A DNA stretch of 64,000 nucleotides, taken from positions 1 through 64,000 of the forward strand of contig CBDBPB010000006.1 of assembly GCA_965208615.1 (NCBI GenBank), in the 5' to 3' direction. Made by a program: the position numbers and the translations under genes. The first letter of the stretch is position 1. Each line of letters starts with the position of its first letter. This DNA comes from Spirochaetota bacterium (GTDB lineage: Bacteria; Spirochaetota; UBA6919; CBDBPB01). Positions 20,286 through 31,444 of this stretch are shown one piece after another. Under the pieces are notes generated by a model that did no database searches, was not told the DNA's origin, and saw nothing but the letters and a program-made list of their open reading frames with translations.

Positions 20286-21040
20286 ATGACATATTACAAG
20301 CGGATAATTATGATTTTAGCCTTGCCTCTTAGTTTACTGCTTATTTGGTTTTTCTTACAAAAGATGGCATACTTTAGGGTTAAGCGGATACTTATAAACG
20401 GTAAAGCTATATCAAATACTAAAAGGCATAAAATTCTTGGCGATGATTTTAATAAGGATATCTATGAGTTGTCTTTAACTAGTATTAAAAAGAGATTACA
20501 ACATATATATTCGGTAGAAAAAGTTAAGATTTTAAAAAAATATCCCAATACCTTAAAGATAAAGCTTTTGGATAGTAATATAACTGCATTTATTAAATAT
20601 AGCGATTATAAAAAAAAACTCTTATACTTGCTCTAGACAATAATGGATATGTTATTAAGTTTTATTCTCGTATAAAGTATAATTTAAAAAGCTATCCAGT
20701 TATAAATGTGAAAGTTTATAATAAGGAATATCATTATAATAGTTCAAGGGTTGGAGTGCTTTTATTTTCTAATAAAAAAATAAAAGAAATTCTATATTCT
20801 ATTAATTTTTTAAAAAAAATAGACTTTCTATTTTTTAAGCGTTTAGCTATGATAAACTTATTCCCTAATTCTAATAAGAATTATTTTACTCTTAGGGGTT
20901 TAGATACAGTGTTTTTGTTTGGAGAGGTTTTGTCTATGGAAAAGTTAATTAAGGCTATTATATTAACACAAAGTTTGGGGACTAAGCCTATGTTTAATAG
21001 AATAGATCTACGTTTTAGTGATATTATTGTTAGTTATTAG
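20286..21040 (+). CDS. ftsQ: Cell division protein FtsQ/DivIB (frameshift in the A-tract at about 20610-20618)
   Basis: TM helix plus POTRA (VEKVKILKKYPNTLKI); a shifted frame continues LALDNNGYVI...IDLRFSDIIV; directly upstream of ftsA. Confidence 0.8.
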
Positions 21041-21111
21041 TTAGTATTTGTATAAATGGATATTACTAAAAATATTGTTACTCTAAGTGAGTGAGTCTGG
21101 GAGGGGAACGC

Positions 21112-22329
21112 ATGGAACAAGATATTATTGCTGGGTTAGATATAGGCACAACTAAAGTATGTGTTGTTATTGCCCAAAGAACTAATGATGGTTTAATCGT
21201 ATTGGGAGCTGGAATAGCTCCTTCATACGGTTTACGTAAAGGTATTGTGGTTAATATTGACAGTACTGGTGATGCTATTATACAAGCGGTTGAAGAAGCT
21301 GAGTTAATGTCTGGAACAGAGATATTAAGGGTATTTACTGCTATTACTGGTCAGCATGTTAAGGGGCAGAATAGTAGGGGCATTGTAGCTGTATCTACTC
21401 CTAACAGAGAGATTAGTGAGAGAGAGGTTAATAGGGTAATTGAGGCCGCTCAAACAATACACATTCCTAATGACAAAGAGATAATCCATATAATACCATG
21501 GGAGTTTATTGTAGATGGACAGGATGGTGTAAAAGATCCTGTTGGTATGTCTGGTGTACGTTTAGAGGTTGATACTCATTTAGTTTATGGTGCTGTTAAC
21601 TCCATTCAGAATATTACTAAGAGTGTTAATAGTGCTAAGTTAGAGGTACATGATTTTGTATTAAACGCTCTCGCTTCTGCAGAGGCCGTTTTGAGTGATG
21701 ACGAAAAAGAACTTGGTACTCTTCTTATTGACATTGGTGGAGAGACTAGTGATGTTATTCTTTTTGTTAATGGAGGTATTCGTTATAGTGCTGTTTTTCC
21801 TATTGGGTCTAAGCATGTTACTAAGGATATATCCATTGGTCTTAGGGTACCTGATAACATGGCCGAAAGGATAAAAATAAATTATCAAGGTTGTCTAACT
21901 CAATCGGATATAGAAATACCTGCTATAGCTGGCAGGGCTAATAGGTCTATTCCTAATAATATGTTGAGTGAGATCATAGAACCAAGAATGGAAGAAATAT
22001 TTGATATTATATATAGAGATGTTGTTAAAGAGAAGGTATTAGATTTAGCTGCTGGGGGATTAGTTTTAACTGGAGGAGGCTCTTTAATAAATGGAGTATT
22101 AGATATAGCTGATAGGGTATTTAATTTACCCGTTCGTTTAGGTTATCCTGATCATATAGGTGGTTTAAATGATAAGATTAACTCACCTATTTATGCTACT
22201 GCGGTGGGCTTGACTGTATATGGTTTACGTGAAGAGAATGCTATGTATTATGAGGCTCAACCAAAGAAAAATATATTTTATAGAATGAAACATTCTATTA
22301 GTGATTTTGCCAAAGAATTTTTTGCTTAA
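21112..22329 (+). CDS. ftsA: Cell division protein FtsA
   Basis: [40 protein letters not shown]; GGAGG RBS before the ATG at 21112. Confidence 0.96.
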   Translation: MEQDIIAGLDIGTTKVCVVIAQRTNDGLIVLGAGIAPSYGLRKGIVVNIDSTGDAIIQAVEEAELMSGTEILRVFTAITGQHVKGQNSRGIVAVSTPNREISEREVNRVIEAAQTIHIPNDKEIIHIIPWEFIVDGQDGVKDPVGMSGVRLEVDTHLVYGAVNSIQNITKSVNSAKLEVHDFVLNALASAEAVLSDDEKELGTLLIDIGGETSDVILFVNGGIRYSAVFPIGSKHVTKDISIGLRVPDNMAERIKINYQGCLTQSDIEIPAIAGRANRSIPNNMLSEIIEPRMEEIFDIIYRDVVKEKVLDLAAGGLVLTGGGSLINGVLDIADRVFNLPVRLGYPDHIGGLNDKINSPIYATAVGLTVYGLREENAMYYEAQPKKNIFYRMKHSISDFAKEFFA

Positions 22330-22354
22330 TAGCCATACTGATGGAGGGACTTTT

Positions 22355-23521
22355 ATGGGTATTGAAATTTTTAATGAAGAGATAAGTCCAACTGTAATTA
22401 AGGTGATTGGAATAGGTGGAGGTGGGTGTAATGCTGTGAATCGGATGATTAACTCTAACATTCAAAATGTGGAGTTTATTGTTGTTAATACTGATGCTCA
22501 AGTTCTTAGTTTATCTAAGGCTATACATAAGGTACAAATAGGTTCTAAGCTTACTAGAGGGCTTGGTGCTGGAGCTAACCCTGACATTGGTGAAAAGGCC
22601 GCCCTTGAAGATCGCGATAAGATTGTTGAATTGCTTAAGGGCGCTGATATGATTTTTGTTACTACTGGTATGGGTGGTGGTACTGGCACTGGTGCTGCAC
22701 CTGTTGTTGTTGAGGCCGCTAAAGAGGTGGGAGCCCTTACTGTAGCTGTTGTTACTAAGCCCTTTAGGTTTGAGGGGAAACAACGATTAGACAAGGCAGA
22801 AAAAGGAATTGAACATCTTGTTGGTGTTGTTGATACCCTTATTACTATTCCCAATCAGAATTTATTATCTTTTGTTGATAAAAAAACCTCATTTAAGGAT
22901 GCATTTTTATTAGCTGATGACGTTTTAAGACAAGGAGTTCAGGGTATATCTGATATTATTACTATTCCTGGTCTTGTTAACGTTGATTTTGCTGATGTTA
23001 AGGCAATTATGAATAATGCTGGAAATGCTATTATGGGAATCGGTATTGGTAAAGGTGAGAATAAGGCCTTAGAGGCCGCTGGTATTGCTATTGCTAATCC
23101 TTTATTGGATGGGGTTAGTATGGAAGGAGCTACTGGTGTTTTAGTTAATCTTACGGGTGGGAATGACTTAACATTGCATGAGTATGAGGAAATATCTACT
23201 CTTATCACAAATAATTGCGATAAGGATGCAAATATAATTATTGGTACTGCAATAGATAATTCTCTAAATGACGAAGTTCGTGTAACTGTAATTGCAACAG
23301 GGTTTAAATATAAAGAGCCTAATCAAAAAGCTAAAAGAGAATTATACCATGAAAACAAGGAATTAAGAACCGAGACTAAGATTAGTAAGGAAAATACTAT
23401 TACTATTGCTAGTGAATTAGAGTTTCCAAAAAAGAAAAAGAAAACTATACCAAAAAGCTCTCCGTTATATGATGAGACAGACCTTGACATTCCAGCTTTT
23501 TTAAGAAAACGTGTTGATTAG
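22355..23521 (+). CDS. ftsZ: Cell division protein FtsZ
   Basis: [26 protein letters not shown]-terminal LDIPAFLRK; GGAGG RBS before the ATG at 22355. Confidence 0.98.
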   Translation: MGIEIFNEEISPTVIKVIGIGGGGCNAVNRMINSNIQNVEFIVVNTDAQVLSLSKAIHKVQIGSKLTRGLGAGANPDIGEKAALEDRDKIVELLKGADMIFVTTGMGGGTGTGAAPVVVEAAKEVGALTVAVVTKPFRFEGKQRLDKAEKGIEHLVGVVDTLITIPNQNLLSFVDKKTSFKDAFLLADDVLRQGVQGISDIITIPGLVNVDFADVKAIMNNAGNAIMGIGIGKGENKALEAAGIAIANPLLDGVSMEGATGVLVNLTGGNDLTLHEYEEISTLITNNCDKDANIIIGTAIDNSLNDEVRVTVIATGFKYKEPNQKAKRELYHENKELRTETKISKENTITIASELEFPKKKKKTIPKSSPLYDETDLDIPAFLRKRVD

Positions 23522-23765
23522 CTATTTGAGTAAAAGCTATAGCTTATTGAATAAGTTGAACATAACAAATAATGAGCCGTTTTATATACTTAATAACAAT
23601 TTTTAAAAAGGACTTGCTTTTTAAAAAGAATTAATGTATTTTTAAAAAAATAAAAGCTGTGGTAGATAAACCACCACAGCTCCTACCATTAATAGGGAGA
23701 AATTTATCTTTATGCGGTTTACTTAAAGTAAATATAAAAACACATGTATCCTAAATTTATTCCAA

Positions 23766-25033
23766 ATGACTAACAAAAAAATTATCAGTTTTAGTAATAT
23801 TATACTTTTTATATTGTTCTCCACTTTTCTTATTAGTAGCTGTAAAAAGCATAATACTAATTTAGATAGGGCAGATAAGCTTTTTAAAAAAAAGGAATAT
23901 GTTTTAGCTATTTCTTTTTATCATAGGGCTATGGATAAGCTTGATGATCCTGATATTATAGATAAAGTAAGACAGCGACTCGAGGAATGTTATTTTCACT
24001 CTGCACAGGTTACTATAAAAATAATAATTATAGAGAAGCTGTTAAATATTATTATTTATTATCCAGTCAATTTCCCAGTTCTCCTTATGCTGTAAAAGCG
24101 AGAAAAGACATTATTGATAGTAATTATAAGTTTGCAATAGAGCTTTTGGAACAAAAAGAATATCATAAAAGTTATAAGCAGTTGGATAAGATAGTTAAAG
24201 GCTATTCTCTTTCTTCTTCTATGAAGGAATTAGTAGGGGATTATATGTCTGAGAACTTATATAATATTGGATTGGCTTATTATAAAGCTGAGGAGTATTA
24301 TTTAGCTACTGAGGTTTTTGACTTTTTGATTAAGCATTTTTCTAAGTCTAAAAAATATAAGGATGCAAGGTTTTATTTAGAAGAAAGTTATTTTAGGGAT
24401 GGAAAAAGGCAGTCTGAAAGGCAGGCTTATTCTAATGCTATAAAGGTGTTTAAAGTATTATTAACTAGATTCCCTAATGGGAAGTATACCCTTGAGGCAA
24501 GGTCTGAGCTTAATAAGATAAATATTAAGGGTATTAGTACAAAAGAAAATACTTTAAACTCGTTAGAAAGCCTTATAGATAAAGGGAATAGTATAAATAA
24601 TCCTTATTCTAATGAAGATGTTTACTCCCTTTTTAAGATGCTTAATAAAGAGAAGGCTAAAAACCCTGAGTATTTGCAGAGAAAAGTTTTTCCATTATAC
24701 TACAAAAAATATGTTAACCTTGAAAATATCAGTATTTTAAAATATGAGAGATTATCTAAAAAAGGTTTTTTGACTCCAAAGGCAAGAAAGCTTATTGATG
24801 GTTTTTTAGATAGAAAGGCTAAGGATAAAGAATATAAAAACTTTGAATATGCTATATATAGTAATACGCCAAATGGCAAGTTAATAGTAGTAATGAGTTC
24901 TAATAGCTTTTTTAAGATAGATTTTAGTAAAGGGATTAGGATAGTTAGTATAAGGGGTAGGATTTTTAAGTTTGAGTTAAAGAATAATGAAATTATAATT
25001 TACATTTTTTTATCGACTCTCAAACAAGATTAG
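23766..25033 (+). CDS. TPR lipoprotein, BamD/YfiO-like repeats (frameshift near 24008)
   Basis: Lipobox LISS-C; two overlapping ORFs join into continuous TPRs with FP.S.YA..A and FPNGKY...A motifs. Confidence 0.65.
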
Positions 25034-26135
25034 GCAGTGAAAAGCAAATAGTTGTACCTTTTCCTATAGTACTTTCTTTTATCCATATTTTACTTTTATG
25101 AGCGGTTATATACCTTTTACATAGCCATAATCCTATACCATCTCCTCTGGTATGGTGTATTTTACTTTGTTCTGACCAAAACTCTTTAAACACATTATTA
25201 AAATCTTCTTTATTTATACCCCGTCCGTTGTCTGTAAATGAGAATATAGTATATTGATCTTTTGTTTTTGTAGTTACTAATAATTTTGGTATATGGTTTT
25301 CGTTGTGTAATATAGAGTTATCTATTATCTCATAGAAGACTTTGGATATTTTTTGGTAGTCGATGTTTAATATTATTTTTTCTTTATTATCATTGATTTT
25401 AATGGCAACATTTTTAGATTTGGCAAGGAATTTTATATCACTAATCAGTTGGGATAGTAATACTGGAGAGTTAGCTAGCCTTACCTCAAAAGAGTTATAT
25501 ATTTCTGCATAGTTTATACTCATTTTAACGAGTTCATCAACGGCGTTAGTGATATTGGGTATGGTGTTGTCGAGGTCTTGGATCATTAATTTAGTCTCTT
25601 TTTTATTTACGATATAGTTGTCTTTATTTAGTTGTTTTGCTGTAATAGATTTTTTATATGCTTCTATAGTTTCTTTTAGGATTTCTAAAAAGCCTTTTAC
25701 AACATTAATTGGGTTTATAATATTGTGGTATATGGTTTCGAGTCTTTTATTCCTAACCATAAGTTTTTCTTGCAGATAAAGTTTTCTTCTAATTCTTAGT
25801 AGTAATTCTTCTTCCAAAAATGGTTTGGTAATGTAGTCTTCTGCACCTAATGAGAGTCCTTTTATTTTATTTTTCATTTGTGTTTTTGCTGTCAGAAAGA
25901 TGAATGGAGTATCTATTTTAAGTTCATTAAGTTTTTCTGCTAGTTTATATCCATCTAGTTTTGGCATCATTATATCTAATATGGCTAAATCAAAGGAGTT
26001 ACCTTTAAGTAGTTCCAGGGCTATTTCTCCATTTTCTGCCTTAACAACTTTATAGTCTTCTGATAATAGGTCGTATAGGCCCATTAGGATGTATTCATCA
26101 TCATCAGCGATTAATATTTTAGGTTTTCCTGGCAT
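25020..26135 (-). CDS. Hybrid response regulator / histidine kinase (REC-HisKA-HATPase)
   Basis: ILIADDD, LDIMMPKLDG, FLTA, DYITKPF; HNIINP; DNGRGI and GIGLWLC. Confidence 0.88.
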   Translation of the reverse strand: MPGKPKILIADDDEYILMGLYDLLSEDYKVVKAENGEIALELLKGNSFDLAILDIMMPKLDGYKLAEKLNELKIDTPFIFLTAKTQMKNKIKGLSLGAEDYITKPFLEEELLLRIRRKLYLQEKLMVRNKRLETIYHNIINPINVVKGFLEILKETIEAYKKSITAKQLNKDNYIVNKKETKLMIQDLDNTIPNITNAVDELVKMSINYAEIYNSFEVRLANSPVLLSQLISDIKFLAKSKNVAIKINDNKEKIILNIDYQKISKVFYEIIDNSILHNENHIPKLLVTTKTKDQYTIFSFTDNGRGINKEDFNNVFKEFWSEQSKIHHTRGDGIGLWLCKRYITAHKSKIWIKESTIGKGTTICFSLPNLV

Positions 26136-26233
26136 TAACTACTCCATGTTAGAATATGTATAAAAGTTATTGACTTAAGTGGAAGAGTTTTTAGAACAAC
26201 GTATTACATTTTAAATTTTACTATTCCAACAGC

Positions 26234-29149
26234 TTAACTAAGCCACTTTGACTTAACAGGGAGTTTTACAATAAAAGTAGATCCTTCATTTTGTTTACTA
26301 ACAGCATTAATACTACCTCCATGTCGTTCAGTTATTTTTTTTACCATATGTAGTCCGATACCAGTACCTGGAGCTTTTGAGTTTTCTTTTTCTTTAGTAA
26401 AGCGAGAGAATATTTTTTTTAAGTTTTCTTTGGCAACACCACATCCTGTATCTTTGACACTAATGGTAATATATTTATTTTCTTTTTTTCCATTGAGTTC
26501 TATTCCCCCTTTGTCAGTAAATTTATACGCATTACTAATTAGGTTGCTTGTAATTTTGTATAAATGTTCTTCATCGGTTGTTATAGAAAGGTTTTTTGGG
26601 ATAACATTAATATTAAAGTATAGTCCTTTTGTTTTACACATTTCATCAAATGTACTTTTGATTTGCTCGAAAATATCTTTTAGCATAACTTTTGATAAAT
26701 GGCATGAAAACATCCCAGCCTCTATTTTAGAGAAGTCCAAAAGTTCATTAACCAGGTGTAGTAATTTATCTCCAGAAATATTAATTCTATCTAGTCGCTC
26801 ATAAATATCGTTATCAGACAGTCTATTAATGTTTTTTTTAAGAAATCGTGTAGTAATTAATAGAGCAGTTAATGGAGTTCTTAATTCATGATTAACGTTA
26901 GTGGTAAATTCATCTTTCATTTTTGATAGTTCTTGTTCTTTATATACTAGATTTTTTAATTGTTCGTTAGCTTTTTGTAGTTCTATGGTTCTATCCTCTA
27001 CTATGTTTTCCAATTGTTCTTTATGTTTTTTTAACTCTTCTTCAGCCTCTCTACGTTTTGTAATATCTTCTTTTGCGGCTATAAAGTGTGTAATTTCGCC
27101 ATCATCGTTTCTGATTGCAGATATTGAAGCTAGTTCCCAATATAGTTCACCATTTTTCTTTTTATTTCTAAACTCTCCGATCCACTCTCTACCAGAGTTA
27201 ATAGTATCCCATAGTTTTTTATATTCTTCAGGGGGAGTCAATCCTGATTTTAGTATACTGGGATTTTTTCCTATAGCTTCTTCCATAGTGTATCCGGTGG
27301 TATGTACAAACTTTGGATTTACATATTCAATATTACCCTTTGCATCAGTAATTACTATGGTATTTGCACTATATTCAACTGATTTGGATAACTTTCTTAC
27401 TAGTTCTTCTGATTTTCTTCTTTCGGTAATATCCCTTATCATTCCAACAGCATGCCATTTATCCTTGATCATAACTGCAGATACAGATAGTTCAACTGGG
27501 AATTCAGTACCATCTTTTTTTAATGCGTTTAACTCGAGAATATTTCCTATTACAGGTCCTTTACCGTTTTTGTAGAAGTTTTTAAGTCCTTCTAAATAGG
27601 CATTTCTATATTTAGCTGGAGCAATAGTATTATGTATAGGCTTATTCATAACTTCATCAGCGGAGTAGCCAAATATCTTTTCTGCCGCAGGATTCCAATA
27701 ATATATATTTCCATTATGATTCATCATAATAATGGCATCTTGTGCAGTAGTACTTATACTTCTAAACTTTTCTTCACTTTCTTTTAGGTCCTGCTTTGAC
27801 TTTGCTTTTTCAGTGATATCCCTTATTATAATTGTGAACATTTGCTTATTAGATTCCACAAACTCGCCAAAGGATAGTTCTAAGGGTACTCTATTACCAT
27901 TTTTATGTATGCCAATCATTTCTATTGGTTGCCAAATAATTTCTCTATCCCAGCTTATTAACCGCTCTATAGAGGATCTTTCTATACTAGACATATATTC
28001 GGGGATTAAAAGGGCTAATGATTTACCAAGGACCTCAAATATATTATAGCCAAAATACTGTTCTACATGGCGGTTAGAAAAGACAATTTTACCATGTTCA
28101 TCAATGGTGATTATGCACTCTCTTGCGGTATCTACGACACTTCGATATCGTTCTCTACTTTTTCTAAGGGACTCTTCGGCTCTTTTGAAGTTTGTTATAT
28201 CTTCGTGTATTACTATTCCCCCTACTACTTTTTTGCCGTGTATTAGTGGAACACCTTTAATATTAAAGAATCCAGTTTTTTCGACCATAGTAAATGGGAA
28301 GTAAACATCTTTTAAATCAAAAGCTTTTCCTTCTAATAAGCCCTTATAATACTTTGATACTCCTGCATTTATAATGGATGGCAATAGTGTTATATTTTTA
28401 TTTATATAGTCTTTTCTAGTTTTATCCCCAAGTCCTGCTTTGTTAATGTGGTATGGATTTATATCAATTATAAGCCCTTCTTTATCAATAAGGATTATAG
28501 ATACCGGAGCTTTATCAAATATAGTTTTATAATGTATTTCAGATTTTACAAGACTTTTTACTTTATTTTCCGATTCTCTTATATGATCCTGTGCAATCTT
28601 GTATAGTGTTATATCCTCGAGGGCAGTTATGTATATAGTTTTATTGTTGTATAAGGTTTTTCTCATTTTCATATTGACTTCAATTGGCACTAGGTCATTG
28701 TTATAGAGGTCTACGGTTACGAGTTCTTCTGTGATTAAGGGTATGTTTAGTGATTTACCTATTATATCTTTTGGACTATTTATAAAGTTTTTAGCTGATG
28801 GGTTAGCCAGTATTACTTTGCCGTATTTATTTAGTACTATGGTGCAGTGGCAGTTATTTTCGAATATGGTTTTATATATATTTTGCTTACTATCTGGCAA
28901 TATGGCAATAGTTGAGGATATAGTCCATTTTTTTATATGAAAGCTAATTAGTATAAAAAAGCTAATTTCTAATAGTAATACTATTAGTTCTCTGTTATCG
29001 CTGTTTAAATGGATAATTGTTTTGCTTATATTAGAGTATTCCTCATTAGCTATAAATAGTATACTGACTAGGTTTTTTAATATTAAAAAAGCTGTAATGT
29101 ATATGGGGATAAGGATAACAGACTTATTTAGGTTAAATCTTTTTTTCAC
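26234..29149 (-). CDS. Membrane-anchored multi-PAS sensor histidine kinase
   Basis: Two N-terminal hydrophobic segments; 4-5 PAS/PAC repeats ending (E/R)DIT; NHELRTPL, NLISNAYKFT, DTGCG, GTGIGL. Confidence 0.92.
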   Translation of the reverse strand: MKKRFNLNKSVILIPIYITAFLILKNLVSILFIANEEYSNISKTIIHLNSDNRELIVLLLEISFFILISFHIKKWTISSTIAILPDSKQNIYKTIFENNCHCTIVLNKYGKVILANPSAKNFINSPKDIIGKSLNIPLITEELVTVDLYNNDLVPIEVNMKMRKTLYNNKTIYITALEDITLYKIAQDHIRESENKVKSLVKSEIHYKTIFDKAPVSIILIDKEGLIIDINPYHINKAGLGDKTRKDYINKNITLLPSIINAGVSKYYKGLLEGKAFDLKDVYFPFTMVEKTGFFNIKGVPLIHGKKVVGGIVIHEDITNFKRAEESLRKSRERYRSVVDTARECIITIDEHGKIVFSNRHVEQYFGYNIFEVLGKSLALLIPEYMSSIERSSIERLISWDREIIWQPIEMIGIHKNGNRVPLELSFGEFVESNKQMFTIIIRDITEKAKSKQDLKESEEKFRSISTTAQDAIIMMNHNGNIYYWNPAAEKIFGYSADEVMNKPIHNTIAPAKYRNAYLEGLKNFYKNGKGPVIGNILELNALKKDGTEFPVELSVSAVMIKDKWHAVGMIRDITERRKSEELVRKLSKSVEYSANTIVITDAKGNIEYVNPKFVHTTGYTMEEAIGKNPSILKSGLTPPEEYKKLWDTINSGREWIGEFRNKKKNGELYWELASISAIRNDDGEITHFIAAKEDITKRREAEEELKKHKEQLENIVEDRTIELQKANEQLKNLVYKEQELSKMKDEFTTNVNHELRTPLTALLITTRFLKKNINRLSDNDIYERLDRINISGDKLLHLVNELLDFSKIEAGMFSCHLSKVMLKDIFEQIKSTFDEMCKTKGLYFNINVIPKNLSITTDEEHLYKITSNLISNAYKFTDKGGIELNGKKENKYITISVKDTGCGVAKENLKKIFSRFTKEKENSKAPGTGIGLHMVKKITERHGGSINAVSKQNEGSTFIVKLPVKSKWLS

Positions 29150-29295
29150 TAACTATGCTCTCCCATAGTTTTTAGTGGGTATATCTTTTGTATATAGGAA
29201 CCCCCAAAGAGTGATATTTATTATTATAATATTTTATGGTTTATTAGCTTATGGTTTGGGGGGTATTACTTTATTTGGTTATAGTTTTAAAATAC

Positions 29296-29323
29296 TTGAC
29301 AAACTTATTAAGAGTATTATATT
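29296..29323 (+). promoter_or_regulatory. Putative sigma70 promoter of the arg operon
   Basis: TTGACA, 16-bp spacer, TATATT, about 50 bp upstream of argB. Confidence 0.45.
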
Positions 29324-29372
29324 TATAGTTTGTTTTTGCTTGTGATAGCTATTTTATAGTGGGTTTAGTTTT

Positions 29373-30230
29373 ATGATCGAGTTAATTGAAAAAGCACAAG
29401 TTTTAATAGAGGCACTACCATTTATACGTAGGTTTTACGGTGAGACCTTTGTGATAAAGTACGGTGGGAGCGCCATGGTGGATATAGAGTTACAGAACAA
29501 GGTTATTCAAGACATTGTTCTTATGAAGTATGTAGGTATAAATCCTATTATAGTTCATGGTGGGGGAAAGCATATATCCGAGCTTATGGAGAGGCTGGGT
29601 AAGGAGATTGTTTTTTTAGACGGACTTAGGGTTACTGATAAAGATACTATAAGTATAACTGAGATGGTATTAACTGGTGCTGTGAATAAGGAAATTGTAT
29701 CTTTAATCAACTTACACGGTGGTAAGGCTGTTGGGATATCTGGTAAGGATGGAATGCTTATTCAGGCTAAAAAGATAGACAGTAAAAAAGATTATGGTTT
29801 TGTTGGTCAGATTGATAAGATAAACCCTAGAATATTAAAAGTTTTGGATAAGGAAGGTTTTATACCTGTTGTATCCCCTGTTGGCTTTTGTAATGATGGA
29901 CATACTTATAATATTAATGCGGATATTGTTGCTGGTGAGCTTGCTGGAGCGTTAAAGGCTAATAAGCTAATAATGTTGACTGATATTAAAGGTGTATGCA
30001 GGGATAAGAATGATGAAAATACTATTATATCTACTATTAGGGTTAGTGACTTACCTCTTTTAAAGAGGGATGGTACAGTTACTGAGGGTATGTTACCAAA
30101 GATGGACTCTTGTTTAAAGGCTCTTGAAATGGGTGTTAATAAAATACACATTATAGATGGTAGAATTCCTCACTCTATTTTGTTAGAGCTTTTTACAGAA
30201 GGGGGTATTGGTACTCAGATAGTGCCTTAG
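29373..30230 (+). CDS. argB: Acetylglutamate kinase
   Basis: VIKYGGSAM, IVHGGG, GLRVTD, NINAD, GMLPK, HIIDGRIPHS. Confidence 0.96.
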   Translation: MIELIEKAQVLIEALPFIRRFYGETFVIKYGGSAMVDIELQNKVIQDIVLMKYVGINPIIVHGGGKHISELMERLGKEIVFLDGLRVTDKDTISITEMVLTGAVNKEIVSLINLHGGKAVGISGKDGMLIQAKKIDSKKDYGFVGQIDKINPRILKVLDKEGFIPVVSPVGFCNDGHTYNINADIVAGELAGALKANKLIMLTDIKGVCRDKNDENTIISTIRVSDLPLLKRDGTVTEGMLPKMDSCLKALEMGVNKIHIIDGRIPHSILLELFTEGGIGTQIVP

Positions 30231-30238
30231 TATATTTA

Positions 30239-31422
30239 TTGAATGCTCATGATATAATAAAGTTAGACAAAGATTATGTTTTAGGTAATTATGCAAGGTA
30301 TCCTATTGTTTTGGATAGGGCTTTAGGGGTTTATGTTTATGATGTTGACGGCAAGGAATATTTAGATTTTTTAAGTGGTATTAGTGTTTGTAATTTTGGT
30401 CATTGTAACCCTGTTATTAATACTGCTGTAAAGGATCAACTGGATAAGTTAATACATTGTTCTAATTTGTATTATACTGCTAATCAGGCTATACTCGCAA
30501 AGCAGTTATCTGCTATTTCATTTGCTGGTAAGACGTTTTTTTTGTAATAGTGGCACTGAGGCCAATGAGGCGGCCATTAAGCTTATGCGTTATCGCGGGT
30601 AATACTATTAGACGGGGAAAGAATATTATACTTAGTTTATTGGGTTCTTTTCATGGTAGAACGTCTGGTTCTATGGCCTTAACTGGTCAGGATAAGCATA
30701 GAGAGGGTTTTGAGCCTATTTTAGGTGGAGTTGACTATGTTAGACCGAACAACATAGAGGATTTAAATAGTCATTTTAGTGATGATGTTTGTGGTATAAT
30801 AATTGAGCCTATTTTGGGTGAGAGTGGGGTATATCCTCTTGATGAGGGTTTTGTATTGGAGGTTAGGCGTTTATGTGATAAACATGATGCACTTTTGATT
30901 TTTGATGAGATACAAACTGGTTTAGGTCGTACGGGTCGATATTTTGCTTATGAGCATTACCTTAAGCCTGATGGATATACATTAGCTAAATCTCTGGCTA
31001 ATGGTTTACCAATTGGAGTACTTCATATAGCTGATGAGTTTAAGGATTTTTTACCTAAGGCTAAGCATGGTTCGACTTTTGGAGCTAATCCTCTTGTTAC
31101 AAGGGCTGCTATAGAGGTTATTAACATATTGACTAGTGGGTTATTGGATAGTATAAATCGTAGTAGTGAGTTATTATTTGGTGTATTAGGTGAGTTAATG
31201 GTTAATTATCCAGTTATTAAAGGACTTCGTGGTAAAGGGCTTATGATTGCTATGGAGCTAAGTGTTAGTAGCAAAGGGATTTTGGATAGTTGTCATAATA
31301 ATGGTCTTTTATGTAATAGTATAGGGGATAACATTTTAAGATTATTACCTCCATTAATTATTGGGGATAAAGAAATTGACTTATTTAAAAAGAAGATGAC
31401 TTTAGTACTATCTGGATTTTAA
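30239..31422 (+). CDS. argD: Acetylornithine aminotransferase (two indels, near 30540 and 30595)
   Basis: YLDFLSGISV, HCSNLY; the bridging frame reads FCNSGTEANEAAIK; SFHGRT, FDEIQTGLGRTG, AKSLANG, HGSTFG. Confidence 0.9.
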
Positions 31423-31444
31423 GGTTTGATTAGGGGTAAACTTT

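Noticed and set aside
26430-28940. Plus-strand ORFs up to 224 aa inside the PAS kinase, and similar antisense ORFs in ftsZ, napA, the TAXI gene and the oxidoreductase
   Set aside because: They overlap well-supported genes on the opposite strand and have the Ser/Phe/Leu-rich composition typical of shadow frames.
20610-30545. Programmed frameshifting or phase variation at the ftsQ A-tract and argD T-tract
   Set aside because: Cannot be separated from the many other indels nearby, some outside homopolymers; sequencing error is more parsimonious.
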